A stretch of DNA of 64,000 nt from Candidatus Multivoradales bacterium (GTDB taxonomy: Bacteria > Acidobacteriota > Thermoanaerobaculia > Multivoradales > J023): positions 4,576,001 through 4,640,000 of the forward strand of contig CBDFLE010000006.1 in NCBI GenBank assembly GCA_965248925.1. Direction: 5' to 3'. Each line of letters begins with the position of its first letter. Positions within the stretch are counted from its first letter, which is position 1. The position numbers and the translations under genes are program-made. Below, piece by piece: positions 1 through 8,521 of this stretch. The notes beneath the pieces were generated by a model that was given only the letters and a program-made list of their open reading frames with translations, was not told where the DNA came from and made no database searches.

Positions 1-763
1 ACCTGGCCGCTGCTCGGCGGAGATCCGCCGAGGTGTCGACACCGGGCTCGGCGGCGGCCACTAGCAACACTCGGATAGGGATGCCATTTTCCAGCGCCCG
101 CAGCTGTTCCAGCGATTCATGGCCCTCGAGCGGTGTTGGCTCGAGCTCCGCCAGCTCGAGCAGCGTCTCGCGCTGGTAGCCATAGATCCCCAGATGCTGA
201 AGCGCACCCGCCGCCTGGCCATCGCGGCGGTGAGGAATCGCCGCCCGGCTAAAGTAGAGGGCATAGCCGCGTCGATCGAGCACCACCTTGACCGTGTTGG
301 GATCCTCTCGGCTTCCGGGTTCGGCCGGGCTGGCCAGGGTGACCATCGGGTCCGCGGGCACCTGCCGCAGGTGGGCGGCCACTTGCTCAATGGCCTGTGG
401 GTCGATCAGCGGCTCGTCGCCCTGGATGTTGACCACTGCCGCGGCCTGCCAACGACGGGCCGCGTGGGCAATCCTATCGCTACCGCTACGGCATTCGGCG
501 GGCGTCATCTCACATTCGCCACCAAAGTTTTCGACCGCGCGACGAATCCGCTGGTCATCGGTCAGCACTACCACCCGGTCCAAGCTCTTGGCCTGTTTGG
601 CCCGGCGATAGACATGCTCGATCATCGGTTTGCCAGCCAGTTCAAGCAGCGGCTTGCCGGGCAGTCGGCTCGAAGCATAGCGTGCTGGGATCGCGCCGAT
701 GATCGGTTCGTTCGCAGGGGCGGGCTGACCAGCCGCTCGGTCGAATTGATGTTCGGGGTGCAC
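1..763 (-). CDS. kdsB: 3-deoxy-manno-octulosonate cytidylyltransferase (CMP-KDO synthetase), 3' end runs off the window
   Basis: Manual minus-strand translation from GTG 763: IGAIPARYASSRLPGKPL...VVNIQGDEPLI...YFSRAAIP...HLGIYGY...ESLEQLRALENG...GVDT. No stop in the window, so absent from the ORF track; + ORF 119..946 is its shadow. Confidence 0.93.
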   Translation of the reverse strand, partial: MHPEHQFDRAAGQPAPANEPIIGAIPARYASSRLPGKPLLELAGKPMIEHVYRRAKQAKSLDRVVVLTDDQRIRRAVENFGGECEMTPAECRSGSDRIAHAARRWQAAAVVNIQGDEPLIDPQAIEQVAAHLRQVPADPMVTLASPAEPGSREDPNTVKVVLDRRGYALYFSRAAIPHRRDGQAAGALQHLGIYGYQRETLLELAELEPTPLEGHESLEQLRALENGIPIRVLLVAAAEPGVDTSADLRRAAAR

Positions 764-873
764 GGCCTAATCTACTGTGGTGCTCCAAGAGTCGTCAATG
801 TCCTCGGCGTTGAAGCTGACGCTTGCTGCTTCGTCGGCCTGCTGGCGATTCTCTGCCATGCTAGATTGCCGCG

Positions 874-1959
874 GTGCCGAGATCCCAGCAGCAGCACGAG
901 AAGCGTCGACTCCGCCACCTTTGGTTGTGGGCGGTCGCCGCTCTAGCGCTGTTGGCGGCTCTGCGGGGCGCTGGCGAGCTGCTCGATGGCGAGCGCGGGG
1001 CGGCCCAGTGGATTTGGGGGCAAGAGATCAACGACAGTGCTGGGCCGGTGGCTTTCTGGGCGGTCCGCGATGTCGATCTCGAAGCCAGGCCGCAAAACGC
1101 CGAGGTGCGGATCGTCGCTGACGAGGCATACCTGCTTTGGGTCAATGGTTGGTGGGTCGGTTCCGGGACCTATCGTCAGCATGCTCCGCCGGATGTATGG
1201 CAAGTGGGGCCGCTACTGGAGCCGGGGGCTAATCGTCTGCGGGTCGAACTGCGCAGCGAGCGCGGTGTCGGTGGTTTGTGGGTTGAGCTCGAGGCAGATG
1301 GCCAGCGGCTGGCAGTCAGCGATCGAGAGTGGCGCATTTTTGATCACCGCGAAGTTGCTGTCGAACGGGGCTGGGGCGATCTCAGCGGCGGCCATCCAAC
1401 TGTGGTCTGGGGCGTCCCACCGCGGGGTCGGTGGCGCTTCGAGGCCGCTGGAGAAGGACTGCCGGTTCCGCGTTTTGGCAGCGAGCATCGCGCCGTGCGC
1501 TCGCGCCGCAGCCGGGCACCCTATGAGTCCAATCCATGGCACCGGCCGCCGTCGCCAGGACATCGCCTGCCCAAGGCGGGGCGGATCTTACTCTATGATT
1601 TTGGCGCTCCGGTCCATGGCCATGCGGAGTTGCGCTTGCCTCGCGCAGGTGGTGAGACGGCCCTGCTGTACTACGGTCTCGACCAACCCCCGGACCTGGA
1701 TCGAGATCGACCGCAGGAACTGGTGATTCCCCTGGCCGGGGCGCGGAGTTGGCGTTCGGCGACGGCCAGACGCTTTCGCTGGCTGTTGGTGGTTGGCATG
1801 GAGTTGCGCCAACCCGCCTGGGTGGAGCCCCTCGATCCTCTACGTGGGGGTCGTCCAGGGATCCAACAGAGCATGCCTGAAGGGGTTTTCGGCCTGGCAC
1901 CGACCCGCCGCCGATCACGGCTCGAAGATGCGCTGTGGAAGAGGCTGACAGCCGGCTAG
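874..1959 (+). CDS. Membrane-anchored protein with alpha-L-rhamnosidase-type N-terminal beta-sandwich domains, no catalytic barrel
   Basis: N-terminal hydrophobic segment; VRIVADEAYLLWVNG, LEPGANRLRV, LLYDFG...G and RRFRW motifs typical of GH78 accessory domains; only 361 aa. Confidence 0.6.
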   Translation: MPRSQQQHEKRRLRHLWLWAVAALALLAALRGAGELLDGERGAAQWIWGQEINDSAGPVAFWAVRDVDLEARPQNAEVRIVADEAYLLWVNGWWVGSGTYRQHAPPDVWQVGPLLEPGANRLRVELRSERGVGGLWVELEADGQRLAVSDREWRIFDHREVAVERGWGDLSGGHPTVVWGVPPRGRWRFEAAGEGLPVPRFGSEHRAVRSRRSRAPYESNPWHRPPSPGHRLPKAGRILLYDFGAPVHGHAELRLPRAGGETALLYYGLDQPPDLDRDRPQELVIPLAGARSWRSATARRFRWLLVVGMELRQPAWVEPLDPLRGGRPGIQQSMPEGVFGLAPTRRRSRLEDALWKRLTAG

Positions 1960-1963
1960 CAGC

Positions 1964-2611
1964 TCACTGGCTGTTGATCGGCTCGAAGTGGATCACTTGG
2001 TCGAATTCGCCGCCTTTGAAACGGTAGACCTTGCCGGCGGCAAAGTACCACCAGGCAGATTCGCCAGTGGCCGCCTCTGCCGCCGCGTCGATCCGATCGG
2101 GGCGCCCCATCTCTTGGTAGACCCTCTGCTCTGCGGCGCTGGTCATGCCGGCGAGGAATCGCTGCAACCAGCGCATCGCCTCGGCATCCTCGACCGTCAG
2201 ATCACGCCGCACGGAACTGCCGCCGCGCATCTCTGCCGAGATCTCCAGCCGGCTGAAGACATCGAGTTCGTCGCGGCCTTGGCGGCGCACCGGCAAGGCG
2301 GTGGCGAGATAGAAGATCTGGTAGTGATCGTTGCGCGCCCATTCGAGCTGGAAGCGGCCGTCCTTGCCAGTGGTGGCCACCACCCGCAGCAAGTCGACAT
2401 CGCGACGCTTCATGCGCCGCAGATCGAGCTTACGATGGTAGGCTTCGAGCACTACCTCGACGCTGCCGAGTGGCTGGCCAGCGGCATCCGTGATTCGACC
2501 ACTGACCTCCACCGTCTTGCTCAGTTGGCGCTTCTTCTTTCTCGCCTCAGTCGGCCCAGCGCTGTGCAGCAGGCCGGCGATCAAAGCGACGAGGATCAAC
2601 CGACGGCTCAT
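1964..2611 (-). CDS. Exported protein with carboxypeptidase-regulatory-like (transthyretin fold) domain and BamE/SmpA-like C-terminus
   Basis: Signal peptide; VSGRITDAAGQPLGSVEV motif; C-terminal MGRPD...WWY. ATG 2611 overlaps the lolA stop (ATGA). Confidence 0.65.
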   Translation of the reverse strand: MSRRLILVALIAGLLHSAGPTEARKKKRQLSKTVEVSGRITDAAGQPLGSVEVVLEAYHRKLDLRRMKRRDVDLLRVVATTGKDGRFQLEWARNDHYQIFYLATALPVRRQGRDELDVFSRLEISAEMRGGSSVRRDLTVEDAEAMRWLQRFLAGMTSAAEQRVYQEMGRPDRIDAAAEAATGESAWWYFAAGKVYRFKGGEFDQVIHFEPINSQ

Positions 2612-3276
2612 TCGGCCGCGCTCCATTCGATATTCGCCGGTGGCCTGAAGAGGCCGTCGTGGTCGATCTCAGTGTAATTGCTGAGTTCGAAGCGGGTCAG
2701 GTTGGCCTCGCTGTCGGTGTACTCCATGCCAAGCACCCGGTGATTGGTCGGATCAAGGCGGATCTTGGCCCGCAGCCGGCCGCCGCTGGCGCGCTGGCTG
2801 AGGATGACCTCGTAGGTGCCGTCCGCGAGCTGGCGACTCTCGGCGGAGTAGCGCTCGCGCAGAGTGTCGATGTCTTCCAGCAGCAGGTCGAGGCCGGGCT
2901 CGCGCTCTGCTTGGATCGAATACCGCTGGCCGCTGTCCTCGCCCTCGTTCCAGGCATAGACCTCGCCATCGCAGAGCAGGAAGTGCTTTTCGTAGGGCTC
3001 GGTGTAGTTCCAATGCAGGCAGCGCGGCAGCCATAGCGAGATTCCGCCCTTCTCCTGATCGCCTGAAGAAAAGCCGGCGGGAACGTACGTCTGGACGAAC
3101 TTGGCCGCCAAGCGCTGACCCTCGAGATCTTGCCGCATCTCGCCGAGCAGCTGCCAAGGACTGGTGGCCAAGGCCGGGGTGGCGGCGAGCAAGAGCAGCA
3201 AAGTGCCAAGGGCCGCGAAATGGACGGCTCGGTGGGCTGTGGATCGGTACTTGGGCTGGTTCATCGATTCTCCCAT
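2608..3276 (-). CDS. lolA: Outer-membrane lipoprotein carrier protein LolA family
   Basis: AKFVQT...HWNYTEPYEKHFLLCDGEVYAW...NLTRFELSN...LFRPP. Start taken at ATG 3276 (3264 is an alternative); the track's 3363 start is probably too long. Confidence 0.8.
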   Translation of the reverse strand: MGESMNQPKYRSTAHRAVHFAALGTLLLLLAATPALATSPWQLLGEMRQDLEGQRLAAKFVQTYVPAGFSSGDQEKGGISLWLPRCLHWNYTEPYEKHFLLCDGEVYAWNEGEDSGQRYSIQAEREPGLDLLLEDIDTLRERYSAESRQLADGTYEVILSQRASGGRLRAKIRLDPTNHRVLGMEYTDSEANLTRFELSNYTEIDHDGLFRPPANIEWSAAE

Positions 3277-3522
3277 TGCGGGACGATGGTAGCAGCAGCG
3301 GGCAGTCATGGAGTAGAGAGTCGTTGGGGGATCACGAGCAAGCCTCAAGGAACCAAGCTGCACAGGGTGGACTAGTGACCTGGATGATGCGACACGTCGC
3401 TATCTTCCGCAGATGGATGAGAGTGCCAGGGAGCGGGGTCATCGAAAAGCCTAGCCTCTATTGCGAATGGGGCTGAGCCTCCTGTCGGCAGCCCTTCCGC
3501 TAGTATGAGCAACTCTTGGGTC

Positions 3523-3551
3523 TTGACAGGTGGGAAGAGCATTGTCACAAT
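3523..3551 (+). promoter_or_regulatory. sigma70-type promoter of the DUF5131/tcmP cassette
   Basis: TTGACA (3523-3528), 17 nt, CACAAT (3546-3551) with TGn extension, 21 nt before ATG 3573. Confidence 0.65.
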
Positions 3552-3572
3552 AGCGTAAGCGAGGCGTAAGTT

Positions 3573-4376
3573 ATGAGTGCGAACAGCTCAATCGAATGGA
3601 CCAATTCAACATGGAATCCGGTTCGCGGTTGTACCAAGGTCAGTGCCGGCTGCGCCCATTGCTACGCAGAGACGTTCGCGGAGCGATGGCGCGGCATCAA
3701 AGGACACCCTTACGAGCAGGGATTCGATCTGCGCCTCGCGTCTAACAAATTACTCGATCCGCTGACTTGGCATCGGCCTCGTTTGATCTTTGTGAACTCG
3801 ATGAGTGATCTCTTTCATGAGGGTGTCGAGTCTGACTATGTCGATCTCGTCTTCGAAGTGATGCGTCTTGCGGATTGGCACACATACCAGGTTCTCTCGA
3901 AGAGGGCTGGAAGAATGCGGGAGATTGTGTCGTCGCATCACCGAGATCTAGCGAACTTGGAGCATATTTGGCTAGGTGTTAGCGTCGAGAATAGAAAGCA
4001 GGGGATACCTCGAATCGAGGATCTACGCCAGACACCAGCAGGTGTGCGGTTTCTTTCGATAGAGCCTCTTCTTGAGCATATCGGGGAGTTGAACCTCGAA
4101 GCTATCGATTGGGTGATTGTCGGTGGCGAAAGTGGACCTGGAGCACGCCCGATGCGCCGCTCTTGGGTAGTGGATGTTCATCGGCAGTGCCAAGCAGCTG
4201 GTGTGCCGTTTTTCTTCAAACAGTGGGGCGGGGTTCGGAAGAGTAAGAACGGTCGTGAATTAGATCGGAAAACCTACGACGAATTCCCGGATTTCCCTGC
4301 AAGGCGGCGGCCGACTCATGCCGAGCGTCGTAGGCGTCTAAGCGAAGCAATGGCGTTGCTCAAGGAGGTGGCTTGA
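3573..4376 (+). CDS. DUF5131 / phage Gp37-Gp68 family protein (CX6CX2C radical-SAM-like)
   Basis: SSIEWTNSTWNPVRGCTKVSAGCAHCYA, IFVNSMSDLFH, RFLSIEPLL, WVIVGGESG, PFFFKQWGG family signatures. Confidence 0.92.
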   Translation: MSANSSIEWTNSTWNPVRGCTKVSAGCAHCYAETFAERWRGIKGHPYEQGFDLRLASNKLLDPLTWHRPRLIFVNSMSDLFHEGVESDYVDLVFEVMRLADWHTYQVLSKRAGRMREIVSSHHRDLANLEHIWLGVSVENRKQGIPRIEDLRQTPAGVRFLSIEPLLEHIGELNLEAIDWVIVGGESGPGARPMRRSWVVDVHRQCQAAGVPFFFKQWGGVRKSKNGRELDRKTYDEFPDFPARRRPTHAERRRRLSEAMALLKEVA

Positions 4377-4379
4377 GAT

Positions 4380-5543
4380 TTGCTAAGTCTAGATTTTTAC
4401 CAAGGCCGTGAACAGACGTACATCAAACACTATGTGTTAGAGAGGTATCTTCAGAAACTTGCTTACAAGTTAGGATGGAGTGGCAACGATGCGATCGTGA
4501 GCTACGTGGACTGTTTTGCTGGTCCTTGGAATAGTATGTCAGATGATCTTGCTGACACTTCGCCGGCTATCGCGATTCGGGAACTGCAAGCTGTTCAAAA
4601 GACGCTACGGGAGCGTGGGCGCATGCCTCCTTTTCTCAAGTGTCTATTCATCGAGAAAGATAAATCGTCATGGAAAGTTCTCAGCAGAATGTTGGAGTCT
4701 GTTGAGAACATTGAGGTCAAGGCGATTCTGGGAGAGTTTGAAGCTGAAGTTGATGCCGTCCTCGACTTCGTAGGTGAGGGGTTCGCCTTTTTCTTCATCG
4801 ACCCTACTGGTTGGACTGGGTACTCTCTGGATGTTATTCGGCCCATGTTGAGACACCCTCGCTGTGAAATTTTGATCAACTTCATGACTAAGTTTTTGGT
4901 CCGGTTTATCGATGCGGATCTAGACGACAAGGCTCGCGCGGGGTTCGAGCATCTCTTTGGATCATCGGACTGTCGGAAGCGATGGCGAGATCTGACTGGT
5001 CTCGATCGAGAGGACGCGATCGTGGCCGCATATTGCGACAGGGTGCGTGAAGCAGGAAATTTCAACTACGTTGCCCACACAGTGGTGCTTGATCCCCTGG
5101 CAGATCGCTCGCACTTTCACCTGATCTATGCAACGGATCATCCCGAGGGGCTTCGAACTTTCCGAAACGAAGCGGAGAGGCCAGCGAGAGAGGTTCAACG
5201 GAAGGCGCGTCACGCTGCGCAGCAGCATCACGAGCTGGAGATTTCGGGTCAGATGGGACTTTTTGGATCTCCAGCTCGCAGCTACTCTGATGAGTTGGAG
5301 GAGCGTTATCATCGATTGGCCCAGCAGAAGGTACTGGGAACCCTACGGAGTGTGCGGAGAGTCTCGTTTGATCACCTGGAAATGGAAGCCTTGCACTTTC
5401 CCATGACCGGCACGCAAGATCTTAAGGGCTGGCTAGAGCGCTGGCGCCAGCAAGGGGCGATTGAGTTCGAAGGTCTGAGGCAAAGAGCGCGAGTGCCGCA
5501 GCCCGGGAAGAACCACTACGTTGTCTATTTGCGCGAGGACTGA
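4380..5543 (+). CDS. tcmP: Three-Cys-motif partner protein TcmP (SAM-dependent methyltransferase-like fold, C-terminal wHTH-like region)
   Basis: T-x-x-KH...L..YL, YVDCFAGP, FIEKD, FFFIDPTG, EILINF, HLIYAT-x-H; 3 nt after the DUF5131 stop with an AAGGAGG SD. Confidence 0.85.
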   Translation: MLSLDFYQGREQTYIKHYVLERYLQKLAYKLGWSGNDAIVSYVDCFAGPWNSMSDDLADTSPAIAIRELQAVQKTLRERGRMPPFLKCLFIEKDKSSWKVLSRMLESVENIEVKAILGEFEAEVDAVLDFVGEGFAFFFIDPTGWTGYSLDVIRPMLRHPRCEILINFMTKFLVRFIDADLDDKARAGFEHLFGSSDCRKRWRDLTGLDREDAIVAAYCDRVREAGNFNYVAHTVVLDPLADRSHFHLIYATDHPEGLRTFRNEAERPAREVQRKARHAAQQHHELEISGQMGLFGSPARSYSDELEERYHRLAQQKVLGTLRSVRRVSFDHLEMEALHFPMTGTQDLKGWLERWRQQGAIEFEGLRQRARVPQPGKNHYVVYLRED

Positions 5544-5586
5544 TCTGATTTTGGAGAGTTGCTAAACGGGAGAAAGACCCGCCGTT

Positions 5587-5796
5587 TCACACTTCAACCT
5601 CGATCGGCCTGCTGTGGGCTGTCGCCGGGATGGTCGCCGGGGTAATATCCGCCAGCACGAGGTCGTAAGCGTCACGGAGGTTAACTTCAAGCTCGTCGAG
5701 GGTTTCGCCCTGGCTGAAGACCCCCGGCACTTCCTTCAGGCGTCCGACTTATCCATCGCCGTCCTGCCAGTACTCCATGGTGAAAGCGTGTCGCAT
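5587..5796 (-). pseudogene. hicB: HicB-family antitoxin pseudogene, followed by an overlapping HicA-like start fragment
   Basis: GGAGGT SD, then MRHAFTMEYWQDGDG*VGRLKEVPGVFSQGETLDELEVNLRDAY...; in-frame TAA at 5749-5751. GTGA overlap starts MKRRVFL, which then loses similarity. Confidence 0.75.
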
Positions 5797-5836
5797 CAAG
5801 TGGACCTCCGGCGTCTATTGTAGCCGGAAGTAGCCG

Positions 5837-7384
5837 CTAATGTCTGAAGTGGCGGCGGCCGGTGAGCAGCATGGCGATGCCGTGTTGATCGGCGGCGTCG
5901 ATGACTTCTTGGTCGCGCTTGCTGCCACCGGGCTGCACCACCGCGGTGACGCCGGCTTGGGCCAAGGTGTCGAGGCCGTCGCGGAAGGGGAAGAAGGCGT
6001 CGGAGGCGGCAGCGCTGCCGGCGATCGGCAGGTTGGCTTTTTCGACCGCCAGCTTGCAAGAGTCCACCCGGCTCATCTGGCCGGCGCCGATGCCGACCGT
6101 CTGCTGGGCGTTGGCGAGCACGACGGCGTTGGATTTCACTCCCCGTGACACCCGCCAGGCAAGTTCCAAGGCCTGGCGCTCGGCGACCCTGGGCTGGCGT
6201 TTTGTTGGGCAGATCCAGGTTGCGGGATCGTCTGCCTCGGCGTCGGGTGCTTGGGCCAGGAAACCGCCGTCCAAGCCGCGCAAGCTGATCGCCCCTGCAC
6301 TCGGGAGATAGGGCGGAGCTTCGATCAAGCGCAGGTTCTTTTTGGCCGCGAAGCGGCTTTGGGCGTCGTCGTCGAAGCCGGGTGCGATCACCACCTCGAC
6401 GAATAGGCCGGCCATGGCTTCGGCTAGGGCGCCATCGGCGTTGCGATTAACAGCGATGATCGAGCCAAAGGCGGACAGTGGATCGCAGGCCAGCGCAAGT
6501 TCGTAGGCTGCGGCCAGAGTCGGTGCCAGGGCCACGCCGCAGGGGTTGTTGTGTTTGACGATCACCACCGCTGGTTCGTCGAAGAGGGCGACGATCTGGC
6601 GCGCCGCGTCGGCGTCGAGCAGGTTGTTCCAAGACAGCTCTCTGCCTTGCAGCTGGCGCATGCCGCCGAACACTCCGGGGCCGTCTTCCAGCCGGTAGAC
6701 CGCCGACGGCTGATGCGGGTTCTCACCGTAGCGGGGAGTCATCTCGCGGCTCATGTCGAGCATAAGGTGGCGCGGGAAGCGGTTTTCTGCCTCCCCGCTC
6801 TGCTGTGCCAGCCAGCCGGAGATAGCGGCGTCGTAGGCCTGAGTGTGGCGAAAGGCCTTAATCGCCAGGCCGCGCCGCACCGGCTCCGGGACGATCCGCT
6901 CACCGTCTTCGAGGGCGGCTTGAATCTGTGGGTAGTCGTCGGGATTGACCACCACCGTGACGCCGCGAAAATTTTTCGCTGCGCCGCGGATCATCGAGGG
7001 TCCGCCGATGTCGATCATCTCCACTATTTCTTCGAAAGCGGCGCCGGCGGCGACAGTCTGGCGAAAGGGGTAGAGGTTGACCACCACCAGATCGATCGGC
7101 TCGAGGTTGTGATCCTGTAACTCACTGAGGTGGGCGGCGCGACCGCGGTCGGCCAGAATACCGCCGTGAATGGCCGGATGCAGGGTCTTGACCCGGCCGC
7201 CGAGGATCTCGGGGAAGTGAGTGATATCGGCTACCGGGGTCACCGGCACACCCGCTTGCTCGAGGTGGCGGAAAGTTCCACCGGTTGAGATAATCTCGAT
7301 TCCCAAAGTGGCCAGGGCCTGGGCGAATTCGACTAGGCCTCGTTTATCGTAGACAGAGATCAGGGCGCGCTGTGCGGGAAGCAT
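5837..7384 (-). CDS. purH: Bifunctional AICAR transformylase / IMP cyclohydrolase
   Basis: ALISVYDK, STGGT, GRVKTLHP, IDIGGP, RYGENPHQ, KHNNPCG, GAGQMSR, SDAFFPF, terminal RHFRH. Confidence 0.98.
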   Translation of the reverse strand: MLPAQRALISVYDKRGLVEFAQALATLGIEIISTGGTFRHLEQAGVPVTPVADITHFPEILGGRVKTLHPAIHGGILADRGRAAHLSELQDHNLEPIDLVVVNLYPFRQTVAAGAAFEEIVEMIDIGGPSMIRGAAKNFRGVTVVVNPDDYPQIQAALEDGERIVPEPVRRGLAIKAFRHTQAYDAAISGWLAQQSGEAENRFPRHLMLDMSREMTPRYGENPHQPSAVYRLEDGPGVFGGMRQLQGRELSWNNLLDADAARQIVALFDEPAVVIVKHNNPCGVALAPTLAAAYELALACDPLSAFGSIIAVNRNADGALAEAMAGLFVEVVIAPGFDDDAQSRFAAKKNLRLIEAPPYLPSAGAISLRGLDGGFLAQAPDAEADDPATWICPTKRQPRVAERQALELAWRVSRGVKSNAVVLANAQQTVGIGAGQMSRVDSCKLAVEKANLPIAGSAAASDAFFPFRDGLDTLAQAGVTAVVQPGGSKRDQEVIDAADQHGIAMLLTGRRHFRH

Positions 7385-7472
7385 GGAGTGGGTTGCGGTC
7401 CGATCCGGCCAACCTGGGGTAAGCCGTTGAGTGGTGAGTATTCAGGCTGCTCTGGCTGGCTGGGTCAGCGCC

Positions 7473-8270
7473 TCACTGGCTCAGAGCACGCTCGACGCGC
7501 ACCGTTTGACGGCCCCTAAGAGGTAGTTTCGAGCGGCGATCGGCGCCTCCGGCTTGCAACCAAACATAGCGTAGCACTTCAGCGATGTCACTGACCGCAT
7601 GGCTGAAGGCCAGCGCCGAAGTGCCAAAGGCGGTGCAGCGGTCGTCGAATTTCAGCCGACCGCTCTGGAAGTCGATGCGGCGGTACTCGCGACCCAGCAG
7701 TGGATAGGCGCGGCGCGAGCGCCGTAGGGTCTCGTGGATCACCGCTGCGAGTTGAGCGCGATCGCCGACCTGTGGGCGGAAGCCATAGAAGACCAGGCCG
7801 AAGCGGCTCTCCACCGAGTCCATGTAGCTCAAGTAATCGGCGTAGTAATCAGCTTCCCGTGGATCGCTGCGAGCGGTGTTGAGGGGGTTGTTGGCGGTGG
7901 CGACAAAGTGGGCCACCAGCCCTAAGTGGTACGCAACTTGGGCGAAAGGCTGATGCTTTTCAATGGCTGCCAGCGCGTTGTCGACGGCAGACAAGATCAC
8001 TTGGTCGAGCTGGCCGGAGCCGTCGGCGTTCTTGCTGTGGTGGTCCGGCTCGGGGTCGAGGGCACCCTCGGCGGCGCCCCGCAGATAAGCTTCGCGGTGG
8101 CGGGCCAGTTGGCGATAGAGGTCTGGCGGCGCCAGTCTTGCCGCCTCTCCAGCTATGGCTTGAGAAGTTGGGGCAGACCAGCCGGCGCTGGGTCCGGCCG
8201 ATGCCAAGAGCAGTAGCAGGGCTGCCGCCGCAGTTCGCCAGGCGCCAGCCACCCGTCTTTGACTGTTCAT
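7473..8270 (-). CDS. Exported phospholipase C / P1-nuclease-like all-helical protein with degenerate Zn ligands
   Basis: Signal peptide ending SAG-W; YLRGA..PD-like region; LGLVAHFVATANNPLNT matches the LG..H...D...PLH pattern. Confidence 0.55.
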   Translation of the reverse strand: MNSQRRVAGAWRTAAAALLLLLASAGPSAGWSAPTSQAIAGEAARLAPPDLYRQLARHREAYLRGAAEGALDPEPDHHSKNADGSGQLDQVILSAVDNALAAIEKHQPFAQVAYHLGLVAHFVATANNPLNTARSDPREADYYADYLSYMDSVESRFGLVFYGFRPQVGDRAQLAAVIHETLRRSRRAYPLLGREYRRIDFQSGRLKFDDRCTAFGTSALAFSHAVSDIAEVLRYVWLQAGGADRRSKLPLRGRQTVRVERALSQ

Positions 8271-8367
8271 GACGCCATTGTAGCTCGCGTGGCTTCGCAG
8301 GTTGCCGCCTTATCAGACTTGACTTATTTGCCTCTGGCTTGGTAAAAACCCCCTCCTGCCTCTGTGA

Positions 8368-8443
8368 GCCCAGGTAGCTCAGTTGGTAGAGCACTCGACT
8401 GAAAATCGAGGTGTCGGTGGTTCAAATCCGCCCCTGGGCACCA
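8368..8443 (+). tRNA. tRNA-Phe(GAA)
   Basis: GCCCAGG...CCTGGGC-A-CCA acceptor, AGCTCAGTTGGTAGAGC D arm, CTGAAAA anticodon loop, GGTTCAAATCC T arm. Confidence 0.97.
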
Positions 8444-8521
8444 TTCACTGCGCTCTTGCGGTCATTCCGGCGCGGTCATCTTGCCCCGCGCCGAGCCTTG
8501 GTTCTTACCGTGGCCGTTTGT

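Noticed and set aside
119-946. 275-aa plus-strand ORF
   Set aside because: Antisense shadow of kdsB.
3573-5543. Prophage call based on the Gp37/Gp68 name
   Set aside because: No structural, replication or integrase genes nearby.
7385-7472. ZTP (pfl) riboswitch upstream of purH
   Set aside because: Consensus elements (GACUGGCG, CGCCUGGG) are not present in the 88-bp gap.
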